This document shows, piece after piece, positions 46,138 to 55,901 of a stretch of 64,000 nucleotides of DNA (the stretch's first letter is position 1; the number at the start of each line of letters is the position of its first letter). The DNA comes from an uncultured delta proteobacterium. Its GTDB lineage: Bacteria > Myxococcota_A > Polyangia > Fen-1088. The stretch lies in NCBI GenBank assembly GCA_963755125.1, contig CAVWIP010000015.1, forward strand, positions 32,001 through 96,000, read 5' to 3'. The translations under genes were made by a program, and so were the position numbers. The notes under the pieces were generated by a model that did not search any database, had not been told where the DNA came from, and saw nothing but the letters and a program-made list of their open reading frames with translations.

Positions 46138-46806
46138 GTGGCTCCCCTCGGGCTCTCTCTCATTCTTTACGCTGCGGCGGTGGTCGGCGCCGTGGTCGGC
46201 GCGGCGGCGGGGAGGAACCTCGTCTTTGGCGTCGGCAAGCCCATTGCTACGGTATTGTTGTTCGCGGTCTTTGGTGGCGTGCCCACCGACCCGTTCGGTT
46301 ATCTGGTATTCAACGGGATCGTCCTGTCTCTCGCCGCCGACATCTCCCTGCTGGCCGAGGGCGACGAAGCGCTCGTGGTGGGCCTTGCGCTGTTCCTGGT
46401 CGCGCATCTTTGCTACGGGTTCGCTTTCCTTGGCGCGGGGCCAAGCGGATGGCTGGTGGCACCGGGCCTGGCGGTGTTCGGCGGGTGCTCGGCATGGCTT
46501 GTGCGGCGGCAATGGCGCGGGATGGATCCGCGACTGCGCGGGCCGGTCGGTGTCCACGCCGTGAGCCTGACGGTCATGATGGCGGGTGTGTTCTCCACCC
46601 TCGCAGGCCGGGGATCGCTTGAGTTGGCCACGGTGGCGACTTTGGGCGCAACCCTGTTCTACTTTTCGCAGGCCCTGTTGCCCTGGGCGCGCCTGCGGCG
46701 CTCGTCCCTTTGGGTGCAACCCGTGATCCTCACCCTCTACTGGGGAGGGCAACTTTGTCTGGTGCTGGCGGCGCGCTGGAACCTGGTCGGGAAGGTGATG
46801 CTATGA
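46138..46806 (+). CDS. YhhN/lysoplasmalogenase-like membrane protein
   Basis: KP...SLAADISL...GLALFLVAHLCY...YWGGQ pattern. Confidence 0.75.
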   Translation: MAPLGLSLILYAAAVVGAVVGAAAGRNLVFGVGKPIATVLLFAVFGGVPTDPFGYLVFNGIVLSLAADISLLAEGDEALVVGLALFLVAHLCYGFAFLGAGPSGWLVAPGLAVFGGCSAWLVRRQWRGMDPRLRGPVGVHAVSLTVMMAGVFSTLAGRGSLELATVATLGATLFYFSQALLPWARLRRSSLWVQPVILTLYWGGQLCLVLAARWNLVGKVML

Positions 46807-47483
46807 CGACCCTGTCTCTCATCCTCTTGCTCATTGCCGGCGATGTGGCTCCGCCCGACGCCCAGGCCAAGCCGGCGCGGCTTGAACTGCCGGCCGTGGT
46901 CGCGCGCGTACAAAGCCGCTATGACCAGGCCAAGGACTTCCAGGCTCGCTTCACCCAGAACTACAGCCGGTCGGTGGTGGGTCGTGTGACTGTCTCCGCC
47001 GGTCAGGTCCACTTCAAGAAGCCGGGTCGTATGCGCTGGGACTACGACAAGCCCGAGGCGCGCATGTTCCTGTCCAATGGCCAGTTTCTCTGGCTGTACG
47101 AGCCGGAGGAAAAACAGGCGTTCAAGCAGGATCTCAAGACATCGCAGTTGCCGGCTGCCCTGGCCTTCCTCATGGGCAAGGGGCGGATTGCCGACGAATT
47201 CGAGGTGGCGTGGTCCACGGATATGCACTTCGGCCACCCCGACGACTACCGTTTGTCGCTGCGGCCCAAGCAGCCTCAGTCGACCTACAAGTCCATCGTC
47301 TTTGTGGTTGATGCCGGCGACTTCTCGGTACGCGAAAGCGCGCTCACCGATCAGCAGGGTAATGTGAACCATTTCGTCTTCTCCGACCTGAAGATCAATG
47401 CCAAGGTCTCCGACGAGGTCTTTCGCTGGACCCCGCCTGCCGGGGTTCGCGTGATCGACACCGGCAAGCTGGGGAAGCCGTGA
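46803..47483 (+). CDS. lolA: Outer-membrane lipoprotein carrier protein
   Basis: ARFTQ, KKPGRMRWDY, SNGQFLWLYEP, FRWTPPAGV; downstream of ftsK. Confidence 0.9.
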   Translation: MTTLSLILLLIAGDVAPPDAQAKPARLELPAVVARVQSRYDQAKDFQARFTQNYSRSVVGRVTVSAGQVHFKKPGRMRWDYDKPEARMFLSNGQFLWLYEPEEKQAFKQDLKTSQLPAALAFLMGKGRIADEFEVAWSTDMHFGHPDDYRLSLRPKQPQSTYKSIVFVVDAGDFSVRESALTDQQGNVNHFVFSDLKINAKVSDEVFRWTPPAGVRVIDTGKLGKP

Positions 47484-47595
47484 GGGAGGACGCGTTTCTC
47501 AGGCTGCGGGTGGAGGCCGCCTGCGCTGCGTTGGCGCAGCCGCCGCCGATTCTCATGGTCGCGACCGATGTCACCTGGGATCCTAGGGGTAATCG

Positions 47596-50500
47596 ATGAC
47601 GCGCTTGCCCCCCGCCGTCGTCGCCCTGGTTGGTTTGAGCCTGGCATCGCCCGAAGTGGCGGCCCAGATCGACAAGCCCCGCTTTATTTTCATCTTGGAC
47701 GATTCGAGTTCCATGACCTCGAACGTGGCCGGGACGCCCACCCACGGAGACGGATCACAGAGCCAGCCGGGCTGCGATCTCGACGGGAAGTCCACCGGAA
47801 GTTGGCCCTACGACGACAGCAAGCTGTATCAGGCCAAGGCGGCCATCATCGACACCATTTCGGCCTTCGGCTCGGCCGAGTTCGCCCTCGCCACCTACGC
47901 CCGCGTGCTGCTCGGGCAGCCCTGCCAGACTGACACTGACTGCACGGCCATCGTGGCGGGTGCCTCGTGCGTGGATCTGCCCGACGATGCCACCACGCAG
48001 AAGTACTGTGTTCGGCACATGGGAACTTCCTACCTGGAATGCTCGTCGGGCGCAGGCTGCATCGCATGCTCCAACCCGGCCGATACCAACGACCGCATCT
48101 TCGAGTGGGAGCAACTCGACTGTACTGTTCCCTGCGCCTATTCCAGCACTTGTCCTGGGGCGCAGGTCATCGTCGGATTCCCCAGCGCCGGCTCCAATTT
48201 TCCCGAAATATACAGTTGGATCGACGGCAAGGAGGACCTGCCTCCCTTCACCGCAACCTCGAACCGGGAGATCCGGGGTGAGACCTGGACGCCCCTGGCG
48301 GGCAGCATCGACTCCGTGCGTGACTGGTTGCTCGACGCGAGCCGAATCGACGTGGGGCCGGGCGCCGGGCTGTTGTCGAGCAATCCGGCTGCGAGCGATC
48401 CGCGTGCGGCCTGTCGATCGTACAACATTATCCTGGTTACCGACGGGGAAGACACCTGCTCGCTCGACCCCGGCAACGACCCGGTGACGGCCGCTGCCGC
48501 GGCATACGCCGCCGGGATTACGGTCTACGTGGTGGGATTTGGGACTGGCTTCTCAGATTCATTGAATCGCATGGCGGTGGCAGGATCAGGCGGCAAGAAT
48601 TCCGCCTTTATCGCCAACAATCGCGCTGACCTGGCGGCCAGCCTGGGCGACATCATCGTGAATTCCATCCCTGTGCCCCGGTGCAACTGCGATGCGACTT
48701 GCTATGACGAAGCAGCGGCTTTCCCACTGAAAGGCCAGCCGTGTTTCGTCGGGGTGGGCCGCTGCACGCGGCAAGGTGTCTACGCTTGCAACGCGACCGG
48801 CGACGGGGTGGTGTGTGCTGCGGCCGCGGGTTGCGGGGCGACGCCCCTTCAGCCCGGAACGCCCGAGCCAGAGGTGTGCGGAACCACGCCGGGCTGTCTC
48901 GCGCCTACGCCGGCCGATTGTGCCGACGAGAATTGTAACGGACAGATCGACGAAGGCCTATCTTGCGCCTGTGCTTACCAACCCGAGGTGTGCAATGGCC
49001 TGGATGACAATTGCAACGGCATCGTCGACGATGTCCCATCGGTGAGCTGTGGTTCCAGTGTGGGCGAGTGCCGACCGGGAACCACGGCCTGTGTGGACGA
49101 CGGCTCGGGCGGGAAGACGACAGTGTGTCAGGGTGGGGTGGGACCGCAGCCCGAAATCTGTGACGACAAGGACAACGACTGCGACGGCGTGATCGACGGC
49201 TTCTCGCAGGCATGCTATCCGGCAGGCCAGTCGGGGTGCACTTTCGACTCTGGCACGGGAATTTGGAGCTGCGCGGGGATTTGCGCGACGGGCATGCAGA
49301 CCTGCGTGGCGGGTACCTGGCAGAACTGCGTGGGCGCGACGCCGCCGCAGGCGGAGATCCCATGCGACGGCAAGGACAACAATTGCAACGGACAGGTTGA
49401 CGAGAATGACCCCATCTCAAGCACGCTTTGCTATCCCACGGGGGCCGTCGGCTGTGACATGACGAGCGGAAAGTGCGTCGGGGTCTGCGCCTTTGGGCAC
49501 TCAGCGTGCCAGACCAACCCCGTAACCGGCATGAGCGAGTTGGCCTGCGTGGGCGCGGTGATGCCTACGCAGGAGCTGTGCAACGGCAAGGACGACGACT
49601 GCGACGGTCTCGTCGACGAAGATTTTCCCACCCTGGGCCAGCCGTGCAACCAGGCGTCGTGCCAGGGCGCGGGGCAGTACGTCTGCAACGCCCAAGGGAC
49701 AGACGTGCAGTGTACGGTCAGTTCGGTCGGCCCCACGCCCGAGATCTGTGACGGCATTGACAACGATTGCGATGGGATTATTGACGACCCGGACGAGAAT
49801 ATGCCCGGGGTTGGCGTGACCTGCGGCAGCAACGTCGGCGAGTGTCAGCAAGGCGTCAGCGCGTGCGTGGGCGGACACATCGTGTGCAATGACGTGGGGC
49901 CCACGCCCGAAGTGTGCAACGGGAAGGATGACGACTGCGACGGAATCGTCGACGATGGCGTGGTGCCGCCGGCCAGTAGCTGCAATCCGCCTGGCCTGGC
50001 GTCTGGAGCGCCCATACAGGGCGAATGCAAGCCTGGGCATTTTCAGTGTGAGGGCGTGGCCGGCTGGGTCTGTGTTGGAGGGATTGGGCCGACCCCTGAG
50101 ATCTGCGATGGCAAAGACAACGATTGTGACGGTCAGATCGACAATGGCGCCGATTGCGGAATTGGCGCAATTTGCCTGGACGGCCAGTGTGTGCCTCTTT
50201 GCGCGGACAACGAGCAGCCATGCGCCCCCGACCGCTATTGCCAAAACGGAGCTTGCCTGCTGCGGGCGTGCGTGGAGAATCCTTGTCCGACGGGCCAATT
50301 GTGCAACGCCCAAGGCAGTTGCTACGATCCTTGCGCAGGAGTCACCTGCCTGGCGGGTGCCACTTGCCAGGGCGGTCTGTGCCAGGATTGCTACTCGCGC
50401 GGCTGTCCGGCCAGGCAGATCTGCCACAATCGCGAGTGCGAGCCCGATCCCTGCCAGGCCGTGCAGTGTGATTCGGACCAGTCTTGCAACAACGGAACTT

Positions 50501-50982
50501 GCGTGCGGAGTTGCGCGACCGTGAAGTGCCCCGCCGGCCAGAGTTGCCGGGTGGGAGTCTGTGTGACCGATCCTTGCGCAGGACTGACCTGCGCCACGGG
50601 TTCTTACTGCGATCCATCGAAGGGCACCTGTCTGAACAACCCCTGTCTGGGCATCTCGTGCGTGGCCGGCACGGTGTGCGTCCAGACGAGCGGCACGTGC
50701 GAAAGCAATCCCTGCGAGGTAGTTCGCTGCCCGGACCAGCAGGCATGCGCTGTCCAGAGTGACGGACATGCCGAGTGTGTCTTGGTCTACAATCCCAATG
50801 TGGTCGTGGCCCAGGTCAAGCCCGGGAGCAGAGGCCTGTTCGGCTGCACGGTCAGTGGCGCGGGTAGCGGGTCAGGAACTGAGGCCGGAGCCTGGGTTCT
50901 GGTGCTGCTGGGTCTGGTGCTGGCGCGCAGGCGCCGTCGTCAACCCGGTCGCTTGACCTGCTACGAATCTTCGAGAGGCTGA
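47596..50982 (+). CDS. Cell-surface vWA protein with MopE-like Cys/Asp repeats, Cys-rich stalk and MYXO-CTERM
   Basis: Signal peptide; MIDAS DDSSS, TPL, VTDG; eight ExCxGxDxxCxGxxD-type repeats; GCTV...LLGLVLARRRRR. Confidence 0.85.
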   Translation: MTRLPPAVVALVGLSLASPEVAAQIDKPRFIFILDDSSSMTSNVAGTPTHGDGSQSQPGCDLDGKSTGSWPYDDSKLYQAKAAIIDTISAFGSAEFALATYARVLLGQPCQTDTDCTAIVAGASCVDLPDDATTQKYCVRHMGTSYLECSSGAGCIACSNPADTNDRIFEWEQLDCTVPCAYSSTCPGAQVIVGFPSAGSNFPEIYSWIDGKEDLPPFTATSNREIRGETWTPLAGSIDSVRDWLLDASRIDVGPGAGLLSSNPAASDPRAACRSYNIILVTDGEDTCSLDPGNDPVTAAAAAYAAGITVYVVGFGTGFSDSLNRMAVAGSGGKNSAFIANNRADLAASLGDIIVNSIPVPRCNCDATCYDEAAAFPLKGQPCFVGVGRCTRQGVYACNATGDGVVCAAAAGCGATPLQPGTPEPEVCGTTPGCLAPTPADCADENCNGQIDEGLSCACAYQPEVCNGLDDNCNGIVDDVPSVSCGSSVGECRPGTTACVDDGSGGKTTVCQGGVGPQPEICDDKDNDCDGVIDGFSQACYPAGQSGCTFDSGTGIWSCAGICATGMQTCVAGTWQNCVGATPPQAEIPCDGKDNNCNGQVDENDPISSTLCYPTGAVGCDMTSGKCVGVCAFGHSACQTNPVTGMSELACVGAVMPTQELCNGKDDDCDGLVDEDFPTLGQPCNQASCQGAGQYVCNAQGTDVQCTVSSVGPTPEICDGIDNDCDGIIDDPDENMPGVGVTCGSNVGECQQGVSACVGGHIVCNDVGPTPEVCNGKDDDCDGIVDDGVVPPASSCNPPGLASGAPIQGECKPGHFQCEGVAGWVCVGGIGPTPEICDGKDNDCDGQIDNGADCGIGAICLDGQCVPLCADNEQPCAPDRYCQNGACLLRACVENPCPTGQLCNAQGSCYDPCAGVTCLAGATCQGGLCQDCYSRGCPARQICHNRECEPDPCQAVQCDSDQSCNNGTCVRSCATVKCPAGQSCRVGVCVTDPCAGLTCATGSYCDPSKGTCLNNPCLGISCVAGTVCVQTSGTCESNPCEVVRCPDQQACAVQSDGHAECVLVYNPNVVVAQVKPGSRGLFGCTVSGAGSGSGTEAGAWVLVLLGLVLARRRRRQPGRLTCYESSRG

Positions 50983-50984
50983 GG

Positions 50985-52157
50985 TTAGCCCTTTTCGAAC
51001 GCGCGTGGGGCGGCCAGGCAGTACTCGATGGCCGGCTGGATCTTTTCTGGCGGCAATCCGCGCCAGAAGACGTGCCATTCGGGAAAGCGCGCTAGTCCGT
51101 CGCACTGCTTGGCGTACCACGGGCAGATGGGATTGGAGGGCTGCGCACGCCAGAAGAAGGTCGGGTAGTCACGCGTGAGCAGCGACCAGATCTCGCCACC
51201 GATGCCTTCACCCTGGGCTTCCCGCTCGACGGCGAACTTGGACAGGTAGGGCGCCACCGGCTTCTGCCCCACCAGAGCGGCGCCCAGGTAGCCTTCTTCC
51301 AGGTAGACGCGCTCGGCATCGCCCTCGATGAGCCCGCCGGATTCCATGGCGCCGGCGACCAGGGCTCGACCGAACGCCGATTCCAAGAGCTTTTGCAGCC
51401 GCTCGCGGTCGACTCGCGCCAGACCGTCGTGGGTGTCGATGCGCGAGCCACGGCGAATCATGGTCCCCGCGCCGTTGACGGTGAACAGCTCGCGCAGAAG
51501 GTGCAAAGGGTTGACCACGGCCACGCTCATGCGCTGGGGAACCCGATCGAGCAGGTTCTTCACGTGCCGGAGCAGCGAGGCATGGCGGCGTGACAGGTGG
51601 CCAGTTGCCATCAGCCGTTCGTAGTCGTTGGACAGGTTGACCAGCGAGATGGAGGGCGCGCCCTCTCGCTCGAGGCCGGAGCTGGTGGAAAGAAACACCA
51701 CCTTACGGGTTTCCAGGCCAGTGGCCAGGCTGTGCAGCAAGCGAAAGCGGTCTTCGATGTCGAGTTCCTTGGCCGCGTCCAGCGATACGATGGGGATGGT
51801 GTTTTGCTGGAGAGTCTCGCGCACCGCCTCGCGAATGGCGGCCGGAAGATCCGGACCCGAACCGATTGTCCGGGCGGACACCTCGTCCTCCAGCAGCCAT
51901 TCCAGGATGCGCTGCGATTGTCGATCGGCGTCGCGCGCGTCGAGCAGGCCGACCAGCACCACGGGATTGAGGCCCAGGCCGGCCAGGATGCGCAGGTCGA
52001 AGTGAAAAGGATCGAGCGCGGCGCGCACGATCTGGGCGTCGGCCACGATGATGGCGAAGCTCTCCTTGCGCTGGGCGCGGAAGAGCTTCAGGTAGAGATC
52101 CACGTCAGCCTTCTGGCCCACACTTTCGAGAAAGCGTTGGATGACTTCTGGTTCCAT
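50985..52157 (-). CDS. Vertebrate-like N-acetylglutamate synthase (AAK-like plus DUF619/NAT domain)
   Basis: LRELFTVNGAGTMIRRG, YLSKFAV, AQGEGIG, FWRA...NP...WY...DG. Confidence 0.8.
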   Translation of the reverse strand: MEPEVIQRFLESVGQKADVDLYLKLFRAQRKESFAIIVADAQIVRAALDPFHFDLRILAGLGLNPVVLVGLLDARDADRQSQRILEWLLEDEVSARTIGSGPDLPAAIREAVRETLQQNTIPIVSLDAAKELDIEDRFRLLHSLATGLETRKVVFLSTSSGLEREGAPSISLVNLSNDYERLMATGHLSRRHASLLRHVKNLLDRVPQRMSVAVVNPLHLLRELFTVNGAGTMIRRGSRIDTHDGLARVDRERLQKLLESAFGRALVAGAMESGGLIEGDAERVYLEEGYLGAALVGQKPVAPYLSKFAVEREAQGEGIGGEIWSLLTRDYPTFFWRAQPSNPICPWYAKQCDGLARFPEWHVFWRGLPPEKIQPAIEYCLAAPRAFEKG

Positions 52158-52261
52158 CAGGAAATGGCCCGCAAAGAAGCAACCATGACCCCAGCATGGC
52201 GTTGCCGTCAATCGCGGATGTGGCTGCGGCTCGCGGCAGTGGTACTCTGGCCGTCGGTAAC

Positions 52262-54145
52262 ATGAACGACAGAGGCATGGCGCCCACCGAGATGGCGGAG
52301 GCTGCGACTGATCCGCACGTAGGCACCGTCGTGGGCGAGCGCTACCGGGTGCTCGCGCGCATTGGCGAGGGCGGCATGGGGGCGGTGTTCCGCGCCGAGC
52401 ACATTCTGATGAAGAAGGTGGTGGCGCTCAAGCTCCTGCACGCCGATATGGGGCAGATCGAGGAGGCTGGGCGGCGCTTCGAGCGCGAGGCGCAGTCGGC
52501 CTCGCGCCTGAATCATCCCAACATCGTGTCGGTCACCGATTTCGGCCGCAACCACACCGGCGAGCTGTTCCTGGTTATGGAATTCGTGGCGGGCGAATCG
52601 CTCGGCGATGTGCTGGCACGCGAGGGCCGGTTGTCGGTGACACGCGCGTGCCGGCTGGCGGGCCAGATCTTGAGCGCGCTCGAACACGCGCACGGGCAGA
52701 AGGTCATTCACCGCGATCTCAAGCCGGGCAATGTGATGCTGGTGCAGAGCCCGGATCCACGTCTGGGTGAGATGGCCAAGATCCTGGATTTCGGAATCGC
52801 CAAGATTACGGAAAACAGCGAGGGCGAGCAGCCCTTGACCAAGGGCGTGATGATCTTCGGCACGCCCAGCACCATGTCGCCCGAGCAAGCCACCGGGCAA
52901 GAGGTTGACGCCCGATCCGATCTCTATTCGTGCGGGATCATCCTGTACGAGATGTTGACCGGCAAGAAGCCCTTCGAAAGCGAGGACGTGGTCAAGCTGA
53001 TGGCCATGCAGGTGACGGCGCCGCCGCCGCCGTTCGCTAGCGTGGCGCCCGGCGCAGGTTTTCCGGCGGCCTTGGAGACCGTAGTCATGCGTGCCCTGGA
53101 GAAAGAGCGCGAGCGTCGCTACAGTACGGCGGCCGAGTTTCGCGAGGCGCTGGAAAGGGCCGAGGCAGAAGTGGGCGGAGCGGGCGAGCGCCTGGCCGCT
53201 GTGGCCGCGCGCCTGGGCAAGACAGTCGGCGCGGGGCTGTGGGCTAGGTGGTCGCTGCCGTGGGCCGCGTTCCGCAAGCTATGGCGCGCGTTGGGGTGGG
53301 CGGGACGCCGGATGGCAAGGGCAGTAGGCTCGCTGATCGCGCGCCTGCCTCTCCGCGCACAGCCGTGGGTCAAGCCTGTTGCGGTTCTGGTGGCTGCAGC
53401 GTTGGTGGCAATCCTGCTCGTCGGCCACCGACATGGCGCTGCCCCTCGCTTGCTGCCGCCGCGGCCCAGGCCACTGGCGCAGGAGATGAAATCTCCTATC
53501 AAGGACATCGAGGACGCGATGGCCAGGGCGCACTTGACCGAGGCCCGCGTTCTCATCATGCAGCAGATCTCGGAACACCCCGACGTGGCGCGGGTGCGCT
53601 ACCTGCTCGGAAATCTGGAGTTCGCCGACAAGAACCCGGCTGCGGGTCTTCATGCCTACGAGGAGGCTCTGCGCATGGATGCGGGGCTGCGCGGCGATGC
53701 CGCGCTGCTGGTCAACCTGCGCGGGCTGTTGGCCGACAAGAAGCTCGGCCGGAGCGCCCTCGATCTCATGATAGGGCAGATCGGCGTCCCGGCTTGCAGC
53801 GCGCTGGCCGAGATTGCCAGCGAGGACCGCCGCGTGGATTTTCGGCAGGATGCACGTTCGGCCTGCGATAGTCTGAAATGCCCTGACAACGTGGACCGGG
53901 TGAAGAGCTACGCCCTGGATTTGGCGCAAGGGCGCAACTGCGCGGAGAAACGCGAGGCGGTCGAGCAACTCGGCGCGACCAAGGACTCGCGCGCGGTCGA
54001 GCCCTTGCGGCGAGCTCGCACCAGCGAGCGCGGCGGGCTTCTCGGCAGGGTGCTCGGCGGCGGAGGCAACTCCTGCATCATCAGGGACATCGACGCCGCC
54101 CTCAAGGAACTGGGCGCTGAGCCGCCGTCGCACAAGAAGAAGTAG
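52262..54145 (+). CDS. Ser/Thr protein kinase with TM helix and TPR/HEAT-like C-terminus
   Basis: GEGGMGAV, ALK, HRDLKPGN, DFG, GTPSTMSPEQ; start 52262 or 52277. Confidence 0.9.
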   Translation: MNDRGMAPTEMAEAATDPHVGTVVGERYRVLARIGEGGMGAVFRAEHILMKKVVALKLLHADMGQIEEAGRRFEREAQSASRLNHPNIVSVTDFGRNHTGELFLVMEFVAGESLGDVLAREGRLSVTRACRLAGQILSALEHAHGQKVIHRDLKPGNVMLVQSPDPRLGEMAKILDFGIAKITENSEGEQPLTKGVMIFGTPSTMSPEQATGQEVDARSDLYSCGIILYEMLTGKKPFESEDVVKLMAMQVTAPPPPFASVAPGAGFPAALETVVMRALEKERERRYSTAAEFREALERAEAEVGGAGERLAAVAARLGKTVGAGLWARWSLPWAAFRKLWRALGWAGRRMARAVGSLIARLPLRAQPWVKPVAVLVAAALVAILLVGHRHGAAPRLLPPRPRPLAQEMKSPIKDIEDAMARAHLTEARVLIMQQISEHPDVARVRYLLGNLEFADKNPAAGLHAYEEALRMDAGLRGDAALLVNLRGLLADKKLGRSALDLMIGQIGVPACSALAEIASEDRRVDFRQDARSACDSLKCPDNVDRVKSYALDLAQGRNCAEKREAVEQLGATKDSRAVEPLRRARTSERGGLLGRVLGGGGNSCIIRDIDAALKELGAEPPSHKKK

Positions 54146-54374
54146 TTAGCTTCTTCACCACGTCACTGACCTGCGGTCTTCACAGATCCGCTCCATTCAG
54201 CAGCCCGGCGCAAATTCCGAACGCGGGTGGTGACATCAGACGCCCGCACTGTGACACAACGCCGATGGCGGCTACCCTGATTGCCCGCAAGGCTCGCAAT
54301 GCGCGAACGGAATCTGCAAATTCGGCGGAGCCTAGCCCCGAGTGTAGGGATAGCTTGGGTGTGTAGGTTGATGT

Positions 54375-54402
54375 AGTTGACGTAAGATCAGTTATCGGCG
54401 CT
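54375..54402 (-). other. Candidate dif (XerC/XerD) recombination site
   Basis: Minus strand AGCGCCGATAA-CTGATC-TTACGTCAACT: 11-6-11 layout with TAA/TTA inner dyad, intergenic. Confidence 0.65.
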
Positions 54403-54446
54403 CTTGCAGATGCGATTCGGTGGAGGAAAAGTAGCGCTTGAAATGC

Positions 54447-55901
54447 CTATGCTCTGCTCCGCAGCTTAGAATGTTTGCGACTGTAGGAGAAGTAGATGAC
54501 CAGGCCGATGGCCATCCACACGAAGAGCCGGATGAGCGTGTGCGTGGTGGCGGTGTACATCAGTCCCCCGGAAAAGAGCGCACCCAGGATCGGGATGACG
54601 AATGGCCCGCCCGGCACCCTGAACGAACGCGGGATGTCCGGGCGCTTGAGGCGCAGGATCATCACGCCCAGGCTGACCAGCACGAACGCGAACAGGGTGC
54701 CGATGCTGGTCAGCTCGCCCAGGATGTCGATGGGCAAAAGGCCGCCCGCCACGGCGCAGACCAGGCCGGTAGTGATGGTGGTGATGTGCGGCGTGCCGAA
54801 GCGCGGATGGACCTTGGCGGCAAAGGGGGGCAGAAGCCCGTCGACCGCCATGGAAAAGAAGATGCGCGGCTGCCCCAGCAGCATGACCACCATGACCGAC
54901 GACAGCCCGGCGATGGCGCCGATCTCGACCGCGGTCTCCAGCCAGTGCACGCCCGTGGCCGCGATGCCCACCGCGATGGGGTGGGGCACCGAGAGCTTGC
55001 TGTAGTGAACCACGCCGGTCAGGATGAGCGACACGCTGATGTAGAGCACCGTACATATGATGAGTGAGCCCAGGATGCCGATGGGGAGCTCGCGGCGCGG
55101 GTTGCGCGTCTCCTGCGCGGCGGTGGACACGGCGTCGAACCCGATGTACGCGAAGAAGACCATGGTCGCACCCTGCAGGATGCCGGAGATGCCAAAGCGG
55201 CCGAACACGCCGGTGTTTTGCGGGATGAACGGGTGCCAGTTCTCGGTGCGGATGAAGGGCGTCGCAGCGGCGATGAAGAGCAGGACCACCGCGACCTTGA
55301 TGACCACGATCACCGAGTTGAAACGGGCCGACTCCTTGATGCCCACCACCAGGATGGCGGTGACGAAGAGGGTGATCAGCACCGCCGGCAGGTTGATGAT
55401 GGCGCCGGTGAACTGCACGTGCCGATGGGCCTCGCTCCACACCAGCGGCGAACTGGTCCAGGCCGTGGGCATCTTCCACCCGGTCACGTTGGCAACGAAG
55501 GCGACCATGTAGCCCGACCAGCCCACGCTCACCGTGGCCGCGCCGACCAGGTATTCCAGGATCAAGTCCCATCCGATGACCCAGGCGACCAGTTCACCCA
55601 TGGTGGCGTATGAATAGGTGTACGCGCTGCCGGCGATCGGGATCATCGACGCCATCTCGGCGTAGCACAGCCCCGCGAAGGCGGACGCGACGCCCGCGAC
55701 GGTGAAAGACAGGGCGACGGCAGGGCCGGCGTTGGCGGCGGCCGCCCGGCCGGTGAGCACGAATATGCCGGTGCCGATGATGGCGCCGATGCCGAGCAGG
55801 ACAAGATCCAGCGCGCCCAGGGTGCGCTTGAGGCCATAGGCAAACTCCGCATCCTCGCGCAGCTTGTCCACGCTCTTGGTGGCAAACAGGGGATGGGCCA
55901 C
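54447..55901 (-). CDS. APC family amino acid permease
   Basis: GIGAIIGTGIF, AGSAYTY, FFAYIGFD; GTG start overlapping the upstream TAG, with AGGAG RBS. Confidence 0.92.
   Translation of the reverse strand: MAHPLFATKSVDKLREDAEFAYGLKRTLGALDLVLLGIGAIIGTGIFVLTGRAAAANAGPAVALSFTVAGVASAFAGLCYAEMASMIPIAGSAYTYSYATMGELVAWVIGWDLILEYLVGAATVSVGWSGYMVAFVANVTGWKMPTAWTSSPLVWSEAHRHVQFTGAIINLPAVLITLFVTAILVVGIKESARFNSVIVVIKVAVVLLFIAAATPFIRTENWHPFIPQNTGVFGRFGISGILQGATMVFFAYIGFDAVSTAAQETRNPRRELPIGILGSLIICTVLYISVSLILTGVVHYSKLSVPHPIAVGIAATGVHWLETAVEIGAIAGLSSVMVVMLLGQPRIFFSMAVDGLLPPFAAKVHPRFGTPHITTITTGLVCAVAGGLLPIDILGELTSIGTLFAFVLVSLGVMILRLKRPDIPRSFRVPGGPFVIPILGALFSGGLMYTATTHTLIRLFVWMAIGLVIYFSYSRKHSKLRSRA

Noticed and set aside
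48900..50150. Periodic DNA repeats as a non-coding array
   Set aside because: Fully explained by in-frame protein repeats of the vWA protein.
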